A program made the position numbers and the translations under genes. Positions 20,281 through 29,259 of a DNA stretch of 64,000 nt are shown one piece after another. Position 1 is the stretch's first letter. The number at the start of each line of letters is the position of its first letter. The notes under the pieces are model-generated. The model made no database searches. It saw only the letters and a list, made by a program, of their open reading frames with translations, and was not told the origin of the DNA. The DNA is from an uncultured Pelagibacteraceae bacterium (GTDB lineage: Bacteria; Pseudomonadota; Alphaproteobacteria; Pelagibacterales; Pelagibacteraceae): the NCBI GenBank assembly GCA_902600205.1, contig CACKIN010000003.1, positions 15,887-79,886 of the forward strand. Direction: 5' to 3'.

Positions 20281-22686
20281 ATGCAAAATCATGCAAAAGT
20301 AGTCATCATAGGTGGCGGCGTAGTAGGCTGTTCCATTCTTTATCATTTATCAAAGTTTGGTTTAAAAGATTGTATTCTTCTTGAAAGAAATGAACTCACA
20401 TCTGGATCCTCTTGGCATGCAGCTGGAAATGTACATGTGATTTCATCTGACCCAAATATTTCTAGAATGATGGCTTATACAATCGGATTGTACAAAGAAA
20501 TTGAAAAAGAGTCTGGCCATTCAGTTGGATTCAAATCAAGTGGGGGATTTTATTTGGCTTCAAATGATGTTTGGGCGGATTATTTAAAAAGAGAGAGGTC
20601 TAAAGCAAGATATATGGGTCTTGACCAAGAGTTTGTTTCTTTAGAGGAAGTAAAAAAGAAAAATCCTTTAATTGATCCATCAAGATACCTTCTAGCATTG
20701 TGGGATCCAATTGATGGGGAAGTAGACCCATCAGGTGTGACTTATGCTTTTGCTAAAGCAGCAAAAGTTCATGGTGGAAAATATTATACACATACAGTTG
20801 TAAAAGACACAAAACAAAAAGAGGATGGAAGTTGGGATGTGATAACTGACAAGGGCAATATAAAAGCTGAAATAGTTATTAACGCTGGAGGTTTATGGGC
20901 AAGAGAAGTTGGACAGCTTGCAGGAATTAATCTACCAGTTCAACCAATGGAGCATCACTACTTAATCACTGAAGCTATTCCAGAAATTGAAGCAATGGGT
21001 GATCAAAGAATTCCTATTGGAACTGATTTTGAAGGTAACATTTATTTTAGACAAGAAGGAAAAGGAATGCTTCTTGGAACTTATGAACCAAAATCAACAC
21101 CATGGAAGGTTGAAGGAACACCTATGAATTTTGGTCATGAGTTATTAGAACCAAAACTAGATAATATTCAAGATAGATTAGCAATAGGTTTTGAAAGAAT
21201 GCCAGCGTTAGAAAAGGCAGGAATTAAAAATATTGTAAATGGGCCTTTTACTTTTGGACCTGATGGATCACCATTAATTGGACCTGTTCCCGGAATGAAA
21301 AATTATTGGGTAGCAGTGGGTGTAATGGCTGGTTTTTGTCAAGGAGGAGGAGTTGGAAAATGTATTGCTGAATGGATAATTGACGGAGAACCATCAATAG
21401 ATGTTTGGGCAATGGATGTTGCAAGATTTGGAGATTATGCATCACCTCAATACGGAACAATTAAATCTTCTGAAAATTATGAACGAAGATTTATTATGAC
21501 ATTTCCAAATGAAACTTTACCAAAAGGAAGAAAACAAAAAACAACAGCTCTTTATGATCGGTTTGTAGAACAAGGAGCGGTTATGGGAGACAGCTTTGGT
21601 TTAGAAAATGTTTTGTGGTTTGCAAATGATAAAAAAGATGCATACGAAGAGCCAACTATAAAAAGATCTAGATCGCATAATTATGTCTCCAAAGAAGTTA
21701 TTAATGTAAGAGAAAATGTTGGTTTTATTGAAGTTGCTAATTTTTCAAAACATCAATTTAAAGGAAAAGATGCAAGAAAATTTTTAGATCATATTATGGC
21801 AGGTAAGCTTCCAAATCCTGGAAGAATATCGTTATCTCCAATGTTATCTTATAGAGGAAAATTATGTGGCGATCTTACAGTTTCATGCCTTGATGAAAAC
21901 GAATTTATGGTTTTTGGTTCAGGTGCAGCTCAAGAAATGCATAGACGTTGGTTTGAAAGCCATTTAGATAAATTTAATGTTGAATATAAAAATAGATCAG
22001 ATGAATTTCATGGAATATCTATAGCAGGACCTAATTCGAGAAAAGTTTTAGAAAAAATAGTTAGAGACGATGTATCTAATGAAAAATTTAGATTTAGAGA
22101 CTCAAGAAGAATGTTTGTTGGAGGTGTTCCAGCAATTATAAACCGAATTTCATTCACGGGTGAACTTGGTTATGAAATATATGTTGCGCCACATTTCCAA
22201 ATTAAACTTTATGAGGAGTTAATGGAGGCGGGAAAAGAATTTGGTATTAAACCTTTTGGTGGAAGAGCTTTAATGTCTATGAGACTAGAGAAAAATTGGG
22301 GTGCGTGGACTTTAGACTATCGACCTGATTTTACTGCTAAAGAAACTGGATTAGAAAGTTTCATTAATTGGAACAAAGAATTTATTGGTAAAGAAAAAGC
22401 TAAACAAGACAATAGCTCGAATAGATTAGTTCCTTTAATAATTCAAACAAACGACATAGATGTCACAAACAATGAAGCAGTAATGAAGGGAGATAATAGC
22501 ATTGGGTATATAACTTCAGGTGGATTTGCTCATTTTGTAAATAAAAGTGTTGCTTTTTCATATCTAGATCAAAAAAATTTATCATCTGAAGATGGAATAC
22601 AAGTAGAAATTAATGGTGATTTATTCAATTGTTCAATTATCAAAGAAGCACTTTATGATCCAAGTGGAGAAAAAATGAGAGGGTAA
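20281..22686 (+). CDS. Dimethylglycine/sarcosine dehydrogenase-family flavoprotein (paralogue 1)
   Basis: GGGVVG, LTSGSSWHAAG (covalent FAD His), NGPFTFGPDG, RISFTGELGYE GcvT domain. Confidence 0.9.
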   Translation: MQNHAKVVIIGGGVVGCSILYHLSKFGLKDCILLERNELTSGSSWHAAGNVHVISSDPNISRMMAYTIGLYKEIEKESGHSVGFKSSGGFYLASNDVWADYLKRERSKARYMGLDQEFVSLEEVKKKNPLIDPSRYLLALWDPIDGEVDPSGVTYAFAKAAKVHGGKYYTHTVVKDTKQKEDGSWDVITDKGNIKAEIVINAGGLWAREVGQLAGINLPVQPMEHHYLITEAIPEIEAMGDQRIPIGTDFEGNIYFRQEGKGMLLGTYEPKSTPWKVEGTPMNFGHELLEPKLDNIQDRLAIGFERMPALEKAGIKNIVNGPFTFGPDGSPLIGPVPGMKNYWVAVGVMAGFCQGGGVGKCIAEWIIDGEPSIDVWAMDVARFGDYASPQYGTIKSSENYERRFIMTFPNETLPKGRKQKTTALYDRFVEQGAVMGDSFGLENVLWFANDKKDAYEEPTIKRSRSHNYVSKEVINVRENVGFIEVANFSKHQFKGKDARKFLDHIMAGKLPNPGRISLSPMLSYRGKLCGDLTVSCLDENEFMVFGSGAAQEMHRRWFESHLDKFNVEYKNRSDEFHGISIAGPNSRKVLEKIVRDDVSNEKFRFRDSRRMFVGGVPAIINRISFTGELGYEIYVAPHFQIKLYEELMEAGKEFGIKPFGGRALMSMRLEKNWGAWTLDYRPDFTAKETGLESFINWNKEFIGKEKAKQDNSSNRLVPLIIQTNDIDVTNNEAVMKGDNSIGYITSGGFAHFVNKSVAFSYLDQKNLSSEDGIQVEINGDLFNCSIIKEALYDPSGEKMRG

Positions 22687-23315
22687 TGGCCCAAAAAGAT
22701 GTAGGTAACAAAGTTCCAATTTATAAACTAAAAGAAACAAAAGAGGTGATGGATTTTTATGACGAATGGGGTTTGGATAATAAATATGATAAAGATATGG
22801 TTGAATGGAATTATACTGGCCCAAAGGAAACAGCAGAAGTTTTCAATAAACATCAAAAAGAAAAAGATATTAATATTTATGATGCTGGATGTGGAACTGG
22901 ATTGGTTGGTGTAGAATTGAAAAAGTATGGTTTCACTAATTTTTTTGGTGCCGATCTATCCCAAAAACTTTTAGATTTGGTTCCAAATAACCTTTATAAA
23001 AAATTAGATAAAGTAGATTTAAATAAACCAATCAAGGAAAAGGATGATCAATATGATGCTTTAATGTGTGTGGGCACATTTACTTTTGGACATGTAAAAC
23101 CACCTGCATTAGATGAGTTTATTAGAATTACTAAAAATAAAGGTCTAATTTGTTTCACTATTAACGAGGGAATATATGAGGAATATGGATTTGATAAAAA
23201 AATCAAACAATTAAAAAATGAAAATAAATGGAAAGAAATAGAGTTTTTTAAATCTGATTATATTGCTAGTAAAGATGTAAATGCATGGCTTGGTCTATAT
23301 GAAGTGACAAAATAA
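22686..23315 (+). CDS. Class I SAM-dependent methyltransferase (METTL27/WBSCR27-like)
   Basis: YDAGCGTGLVG motif I, GADLS, CVGTFTFGHV. Confidence 0.88.
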   Translation: MAQKDVGNKVPIYKLKETKEVMDFYDEWGLDNKYDKDMVEWNYTGPKETAEVFNKHQKEKDINIYDAGCGTGLVGVELKKYGFTNFFGADLSQKLLDLVPNNLYKKLDKVDLNKPIKEKDDQYDALMCVGTFTFGHVKPPALDEFIRITKNKGLICFTINEGIYEEYGFDKKIKQLKNENKWKEIEFFKSDYIASKDVNAWLGLYEVTK

Positions 23316-23316
23316 A

Positions 23317-24492
23317 ATGTCAGCAATTTATAAAATTATAGATAAAAAAAAATTAGATATAGTTAAGAAACCAATTTCAAAAGCACATGGACTCCCCAAC
23401 GAATGTTATACAAGTAAAGATTATACTTTAATAGAAAGAGAGAAAATATTTGAAAATAAATGGACTGTAATAGGAGTAGCAAGTTCTTTGCCAAATATCG
23501 GCGATGTAAAACCATTTAACTTGTTAGGACTGCCATTATTTTTAGTAAGGAATAAAAAAGATCAGATAAAAGTTTTTCATAACGTCTGTAGTCATAGAGG
23601 AGTAAAGCTAGTAAACAAAAAAGGCAATATTAGAAATGTTATCAGATGTCCTTATCATTCATGGTCATACACATCAGATGGAAAGCTAATTGCAACACCT
23701 CATATAGGTGGGATGAACCAACATAGTAGCCCAAAATTTAAAAAAAACAAAAACAATTTAAAAGAAATAAGATCATGTGTTTGGTTAGATTTAATTTTTA
23801 TTAATATTAGTAACAACGAAATTCCATTTGAAAAATATATTAAACCCTTAAATGATAGGTGGGCTAAATTTTGGAAAAAAAAAGATAGAAAATTAATTAA
23901 TCATGCAAATGATTTTGGTTATTTTAAAATAAATGCAAAATGTAATTGGAAATTTGCAATTGAAAATTATTGTGAAAGTTATCATTTGCCATGGGTTCAT
24001 CCAGGTTTAAATTCTTATTCAAAAATTGAAGATCACTATCATATTCAAGGATTACCAAACCGCTTTGCAGGCCAAGGCACAGTTGTTTACAATCCAAAAT
24101 TTAAAGGTAAGAAAAAATTTCCTTGCTTTCCTAACTGGCCCAAAGAAAAAGAAAATATTGCAGAGTATGTAGCTTTGTTTCCTAATGTTATGTTAGGTAT
24201 ACATAAAGATCATTTCTACGCATATTGGTTAGAACCCATTAGTCATAAAAAAACTTTAGAGCACATGGAAATATATTATGTAGGTGAAAAAGCCGCAAAA
24301 TCATTAGAATTTAAATCATTAAGAAAACAAAATCATAAATTGTGGGAAGATATTCAAAAAGAAGATGTTGGTATAATTCAAAGAATGCAATTAGGCCGCA
24401 ACTCACATGCATATAATGGTGGAAATTTTTCTCCTGATATGGATAATCCAACACATCAATTTCACAAGTGGGTGGCAACTCACATTGTGTAG
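23317..24492 (+). CDS. Rieske non-heme iron oxygenase alpha subunit (choline monooxygenase/GbcA/CntA-like group)
   Basis: Rieske CSHRG...CPYH; mononuclear iron site NWKFAIENYCESYHLPWVH...ED. Confidence 0.9.
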   Translation: MSAIYKIIDKKKLDIVKKPISKAHGLPNECYTSKDYTLIEREKIFENKWTVIGVASSLPNIGDVKPFNLLGLPLFLVRNKKDQIKVFHNVCSHRGVKLVNKKGNIRNVIRCPYHSWSYTSDGKLIATPHIGGMNQHSSPKFKKNKNNLKEIRSCVWLDLIFINISNNEIPFEKYIKPLNDRWAKFWKKKDRKLINHANDFGYFKINAKCNWKFAIENYCESYHLPWVHPGLNSYSKIEDHYHIQGLPNRFAGQGTVVYNPKFKGKKKFPCFPNWPKEKENIAEYVALFPNVMLGIHKDHFYAYWLEPISHKKTLEHMEIYYVGEKAAKSLEFKSLRKQNHKLWEDIQKEDVGIIQRMQLGRNSHAYNGGNFSPDMDNPTHQFHKWVATHIV

Positions 24493-24506
24493 AAAGTGCG
24501 AAATAT

Positions 24507-24947
24507 ATGTACAGACCTTTACCAGATGCATTAACAATAAAAAGTTCACCAATCGAAGGTTTGGGATTATTCGCAACCAAAGAAATTAAAGCTAATACTT
24601 TTATCGGAATTACTCACATAAGAGATGAGCAGTTTGAAAATAAATATATAAGAACTCCATTAGGTGGTTTTTATAATCATTCTGACAATCCTACAGTTCA
24701 AAGAATGGTATCAAATATTTTACCTACATTAAAGTTTGGTGATCCAATTGATCCTACCGCAAAAGCAAAAAAATTTAACGAAAATGATGATAATTTAGAA
24801 AACATGTATTATAATTTAAGAGAGAAACCAGACGCAAAATATTTTTTTATGGTTTCAATAAAAGATTTGAAACCAGGAGATGAGCTTTGTGCAAATTATA
24901 ATTTATACACCTATCCAAAAACAGGAGTTGGTGTACAGATGTTATAG
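24507..24947 (+). CDS. SET-domain protein (putative lysine methyltransferase)
   Basis: SPIEGLGLFATKEI, GGFYNHSDNP, KDLKPGDELCANY are the three SET motifs; ATG 24507 preferred. Confidence 0.85.
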   Translation: MYRPLPDALTIKSSPIEGLGLFATKEIKANTFIGITHIRDEQFENKYIRTPLGGFYNHSDNPTVQRMVSNILPTLKFGDPIDPTAKAKKFNENDDNLENMYYNLREKPDAKYFFMVSIKDLKPGDELCANYNLYTYPKTGVGVQML

Positions 24948-24949
24948 AG

Positions 24950-26185
24950 ATGAAGTTTAACAGAAAAATTCTTTCAGAAAACCAACCAATTAAGAAATAT
25001 ATTTCAAAAAAAAGATTAAGAGAAGATGAAATAGATTTTGACGAACTTAGATCTTATAGACTTGATAGATTAAGAAATGAATTAAAGAAAAATAATATAG
25101 AGGCATGTATTTTATTTGATCCAGTAAATGTAAGGTATGCATTAGATACTGTGAATATGAGTGTTTATAATATGCATAATCTTACAAGATATTGTTTTAT
25201 CTCTGTTGATGGTCCAACAATATTATATGAATATTTTAACTGTGAAATATTATCTAAAGGTCTCAATTTAATTGATGAAATAAGACCAGCAATTACTTGG
25301 GATTATTTTAGCAATGGTGACCAATCAGAGTTGCAACTTAAAAAATGGGTCAATGAAGTAAATGATTTATCTAACTCTTATTTTAAAAGTAAAAAAATCG
25401 CAATTGATGTAATCAATGGTCCAGCCGTAAATGAGCTTAATAAAAAAGGAATTCAAGTTTTAGAAGCGAAAAAAATACTTGAACAGGCTAGAGTTATTAA
25501 ATCGTCTGAAGAAATTAAATGCATGCGAGCAGCTTTAGATGTTGCTGATATTGGAATAATTAAAATGAGAGATTATTTGAAATCAGGAATTACTGAAGAT
25601 GAGTTATGGTCGATTTTACATAAAACGAACATTGAAAATGGTGGAGAGTGGATAGAGTGTAGAATATTATCTTCAGGCTCTAGAACCAATCCTTGGATGC
25701 AAGAAAGTAGTAATAAGATTATTCAAGATGGTGAGATCGTATCCTTTGATACAGATATGGTAGGCCCTTATGGATATTGTGCAGATATTTCTAGAGCTTT
25801 TGTTTGTGGAAATAAATTTAATGAACATCAAAAAAAAATTTATTCAACAGCAGTTGAGCAGATTGACTATAATTCAAGATTAATTAAAGATGGAGTATCA
25901 TTTAGAGAATTTACTGAAAAGGCATGGATACTTCCTGAAAAATATTACGGAAATAGATATTCAGTCATGCTTCATGGAATAGGTTTATGTGATGAGTGGC
26001 CAGCAATTAGATATCCGACTGATGGTGGAGAAAGAAGCGGTATATTTCAAAAAAATATGACAATTACCCTAGAAAGTTATATCGGCGAAGTTGGAGGTCA
26101 TGAGGGAGTGAAATTAGAACAACAATATTTAGTTGGCGAAAATGGATTAGAATTAATGTCTCATCATCCTTTAGAACAAATTTAA
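24950..26185 (+). CDS. M24B metallopeptidase-fold protein, DddP (DMSP lyase)-like
   Basis: FDPVNVRYA..TVNM, GGEWIECRILSSGSRTNPW.QE, FDTDMVG..GYCADISR, HGIGLCDEWP, VKLE. Confidence 0.75.
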   Translation: MKFNRKILSENQPIKKYISKKRLREDEIDFDELRSYRLDRLRNELKKNNIEACILFDPVNVRYALDTVNMSVYNMHNLTRYCFISVDGPTILYEYFNCEILSKGLNLIDEIRPAITWDYFSNGDQSELQLKKWVNEVNDLSNSYFKSKKIAIDVINGPAVNELNKKGIQVLEAKKILEQARVIKSSEEIKCMRAALDVADIGIIKMRDYLKSGITEDELWSILHKTNIENGGEWIECRILSSGSRTNPWMQESSNKIIQDGEIVSFDTDMVGPYGYCADISRAFVCGNKFNEHQKKIYSTAVEQIDYNSRLIKDGVSFREFTEKAWILPEKYYGNRYSVMLHGIGLCDEWPAIRYPTDGGERSGIFQKNMTITLESYIGEVGGHEGVKLEQQYLVGENGLELMSHHPLEQI

Positions 26186-26592
26186 TGAAAATAGTTTTAA
26201 TTATGGGTTTGCCTGGGGCTGGCAAAACAACATTGGCAGAAGAACTTGCTCCAAAACTGAATGCAAAAAGATTAAATGCTGACGAAGTTAGAAAAGAAGC
26301 AAATGATTGGGATTTTTCTGAGGAGGGTAGAAAAAGACAAGCTAAAAGAATGGCAGACTTTGCTTTAAAGCTGAAAAATCAAGGAAATTATGTTGTGGCA
26401 GATTTTATTTGCCCAACTCCAGAAGCAAGAAGTTTATTCCCTGCAGATTTTGTTATTTGGGTAGACACGATTAAAGAAGGAAGGTTTGACGATACTAATC
26501 AAATGTTTGTCAAACCAGAAAAATATGATTTTCATGTAACTACTCAAGATGCTAAGTTTTGGGCGGATAAAATAATAAAGGAGATATCATAA
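26185..26592 (+). CDS. Small P-loop kinase, adenylyl-sulfate kinase-like
   Basis: GLPGAGKTT Walker A, NADEVR, DFSEEGRKRQ, ADFICP (compare CysC DGDxxR / FSxxDRxxN / ISP). Confidence 0.75.
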   Translation: MKIVLIMGLPGAGKTTLAEELAPKLNAKRLNADEVRKEANDWDFSEEGRKRQAKRMADFALKLKNQGNYVVADFICPTPEARSLFPADFVIWVDTIKEGRFDDTNQMFVKPEKYDFHVTTQDAKFWADKIIKEIS

Positions 26593-26966
26593 TGAGTTAT
26601 GAATGGGATAATAAAAAACCAACAGCACAAATGCTTGGAAGATGGCAGCCATTTCATGAGGGTCACTATACTTTATTTAAAGAGATCATCAAAAAGACCG
26701 GTCAAGTGTGTATTCAAATAAGAGACGTTCAAGGAGTTGATGACAATCCATTCGACTTTGAAACGGTAAAAAAAAATATTGAAAATAAATTAAATCCTGA
26801 ATTTGAAGGAAGATTTAAAATAATGATGGTGCCAAATATTACAAATATTTGTTACGGGAGAGGAGTTGGTTACAAAATTGAGGAGATAGTATTGTCTGAA
26901 GAAATACAAAAAATTTCTGCCACAAAAATTAGAGCTAAAATGCGTGAAGATGGTGAGTTAAAATAA
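26592..26966 (+). CDS. HxGH-superfamily nucleotidyltransferase (cytidylyltransferase-like)
   Basis: GRWQPFHEGH, DNPF, ISATKIR. Confidence 0.82.
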   Translation: MSYEWDNKKPTAQMLGRWQPFHEGHYTLFKEIIKKTGQVCIQIRDVQGVDDNPFDFETVKKNIENKLNPEFEGRFKIMMVPNITNICYGRGVGYKIEEIVLSEEIQKISATKIRAKMREDGELK

Positions 26967-26973
26967 TTACAAT

Positions 26974-27747
26974 ATGAATGTAAAAACAAAAAAATTAGGA
27001 AACGGAATTACAAATGTAATAATTAATGATCCTAAAACTTATAATTCACTTTCATTTAAAACTTTAAGGGATCTTTTGAATACTTTTACTCGATTAGATA
27101 AGGATGATAATACAAGAGTAATAATATTAGAGGGATCAGGTAAAGGATTCAGCGCTGGCCATAATCTTAAAGAGGTTGGTGGAATTAAAAATAGATTAAA
27201 TCACTTAAAATTATTTAATCTTTGCTCAAAATTAATGATGAAAATTGTTGAAGGAAAGAAGCCTGTTATTGCAAAAGTACATGGTGCAGCTTATGCAGCT
27301 GGATGTCAGTTAGCCGCAAGTTGTGACCTTGCTTACAGTACAACAAATGCCACCTTTGCAACACCAGGAGTAAATATAGGACTTTTCTGCAGTACTCCGA
27401 TGGTTGCTGTGAGTAGAAAAGTAACTCGTAAAATCATGATGAAGATGCTTCTGACTGGAGATCCAATAAATGCAAAATACGCTAAGGAAATTGGTTTGAT
27501 TAATGATTGTTTTTCAAACAAAAAACTAAATATAGAAGTTTTAAAAATTGCAAAAAAAATTTCTTCAAAATCAAATTTAACAATTAAGATCGGAAAACAA
27601 GCATTTTATAAACAATTAGAGATGCCACTTGGAGATGCTTATAAGTTTACAAGTAAAATGATGACTGTAAATATGGCTTCGCAAGATGCAAAAGAAGGAA
27701 TATCAGCTTTTTTACAAAAAAGAAAACCTAGTTGGAAAAATAAATAA
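26974..27747 (+). CDS. Enoyl-CoA hydratase/crotonase family (ECHDC3-like)
   Basis: FSAGHNLKE, AAGCQLAASCDL, TPGVNIGLFCSTP. Confidence 0.9.
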   Translation: MNVKTKKLGNGITNVIINDPKTYNSLSFKTLRDLLNTFTRLDKDDNTRVIILEGSGKGFSAGHNLKEVGGIKNRLNHLKLFNLCSKLMMKIVEGKKPVIAKVHGAAYAAGCQLAASCDLAYSTTNATFATPGVNIGLFCSTPMVAVSRKVTRKIMMKMLLTGDPINAKYAKEIGLINDCFSNKKLNIEVLKIAKKISSKSNLTIKIGKQAFYKQLEMPLGDAYKFTSKMMTVNMASQDAKEGISAFLQKRKPSWKNK

Positions 27748-27768
27748 TAGTTATTCAGAAAGAAAATA

Positions 27769-28236
27769 ATGAACGATAATGAAATTAAATCTATTTTAAG
27801 AAAATCAAAAACCATAGCCATGATTGGAGTGAGCTCTGAAAAAAAAGGAGAAGATAGAAAAAATCTTAAGAGAAAACCAGCAAATGTAGTTATGAAATAT
27901 ATGCAAAATTTTGGTTATAAAGTTATTCCTATTAACCCTTTTGCAGTTGGTGAGATTGTAAATGGGGAACAGATGATCGAAAGTTTAGATAAGATAAAGG
28001 AAGAAATAGATATAGTTGATGTTTTTAGACCCTCAAAAGAGGCTGAAGGAATTGCAAAAGAAGCAATTAAAAAAGGAACAAAAGTTTTATGGTTACAATA
28101 CGGAATTCACAGTGATGAGGCAAAAGTTTTAGCAGATAAAGAAAATATCCAATTTATTTCTAATAGATGTATAAAACAGGAGTATCAAAAACTTTTTCAA
28201 AAATCTAATCCAGTTTTTCCAGTCCTTAAAGATTAA
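27769..28236 (+). CDS. CoA-binding protein (YccU-like)
   Basis: TIAMIGVS, VIPINP, DIVDVFR, LWLQYG, NRC. Confidence 0.88.
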   Translation: MNDNEIKSILRKSKTIAMIGVSSEKKGEDRKNLKRKPANVVMKYMQNFGYKVIPINPFAVGEIVNGEQMIESLDKIKEEIDIVDVFRPSKEAEGIAKEAIKKGTKVLWLQYGIHSDEAKVLADKENIQFISNRCIKQEYQKLFQKSNPVFPVLKD

Positions 28237-28805
28237 TGAAAAAAGTATTTTTGGTATATGGGCATTACAACGATAAATCTTTTAATTCTGCTATAAAAGA
28301 TAATTTCATAAAATCTGCTAAAGAAAATGGTCATTTAGTTGAATGTGTAGATTTATATAAAGAAAAATTTGATCCAGTATATGCTGGTGAAAATGCTGAT
28401 GATATTGTCTTGGATCACAGAAGAAAAATTGACGATTCTGATTTAATTGTACTAGTTGCTCCTATATGGAATTATAGAATGCCTGCTATTGTAGAAGGTT
28501 GGATCGATAAGGTTTTAGCGCCACCCTGGGCTTTTTCATTTAAGAAACTTTTCGGCAATTATGGGTATGCTGTTGGTAAACTAAAAAGCAAAAAAGCTTT
28601 GATTTTTTGTACATATGGTTCACCCAGATTCTCAATCTCAGATTTTTTTTTAAATTTACCCCTTAGAAGAATAAAAAAAGGTATTTTTAATAAGTGTGGT
28701 ATTTATGACATTACCTATAAACGATATTTTGCTGTACCATTTGTATCGAATGAAAAAAGAATTGAGTTTTTGGAAGATGTTAAAAATACAGCCAGACATT
28801 TATAG
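28236..28805 (+). CDS. NAD(P)H-dependent oxidoreductase, flavodoxin-like fold 2
   Basis: GH...SFN, DLY...FDP, PIWNYRMPAIVEGWIDKV. Confidence 0.85.
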   Translation: MKKVFLVYGHYNDKSFNSAIKDNFIKSAKENGHLVECVDLYKEKFDPVYAGENADDIVLDHRRKIDDSDLIVLVAPIWNYRMPAIVEGWIDKVLAPPWAFSFKKLFGNYGYAVGKLKSKKALIFCTYGSPRFSISDFFLNLPLRRIKKGIFNKCGIYDITYKRYFAVPFVSNEKRIEFLEDVKNTARHL

Positions 28806-29259
28806 AATTTTTTTTGTATTTATATTTTTAATTTTTTCTACAAATGAATTAAAAGCTGAAATAAAAAAACCAAATCCAGATATTAAACCTAGAGAGGTAA
28901 TTGAAATTCAACTTAATGCTTTGATGAAAAATGATACTCCTAGTAAAGATCATGGGATAATTCAAACATGGTTTTTTGCACACCCAAACAATCAGAGAGT
29001 AACAGGACCTATTGAGAGATTTAAAAATATGATCAAAACAGATTCCTACTCAATGCTTTTAAACCATGAGAGCTATGAAATTGTAGAGGTATATAAATCA
29101 AAGGGCGTGTCGACTTTTGAAGTGACAATTATGGACAAAGACAAAAAGTATTATAAATTTAAATGGCAAGTTGAAAAATATGAGCTCGATGGATTTTTAA
29201 AAAATTGTTGGCTTACCACTGCGGTCTCTCAACCTATGCCGATGGGTTCATCTATCTAA
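28777..29259 (+). CDS. Exported hypothetical protein (DUF4864-like)
   Basis: Hydrophobic N-terminus, QLNALMKND, FAHPNN..TGP..RF..M, CWLT; start chosen at ATG 28777. Confidence 0.6.
   Translation: MLKIQPDIYRIFFVFIFLIFSTNELKAEIKKPNPDIKPREVIEIQLNALMKNDTPSKDHGIIQTWFFAHPNNQRVTGPIERFKNMIKTDSYSMLLNHESYEIVEVYKSKGVSTFEVTIMDKDKKYYKFKWQVEKYELDGFLKNCWLTTAVSQPMPMGSSI

Noticed and set aside
24507-26966. Prophage remnant (SET, kinase, cytidylyltransferase are phage-associated families)
   Set aside because: No integrase, structural, terminase or replication genes, no att-like repeats seen, and the genes are coupled to host metabolic genes
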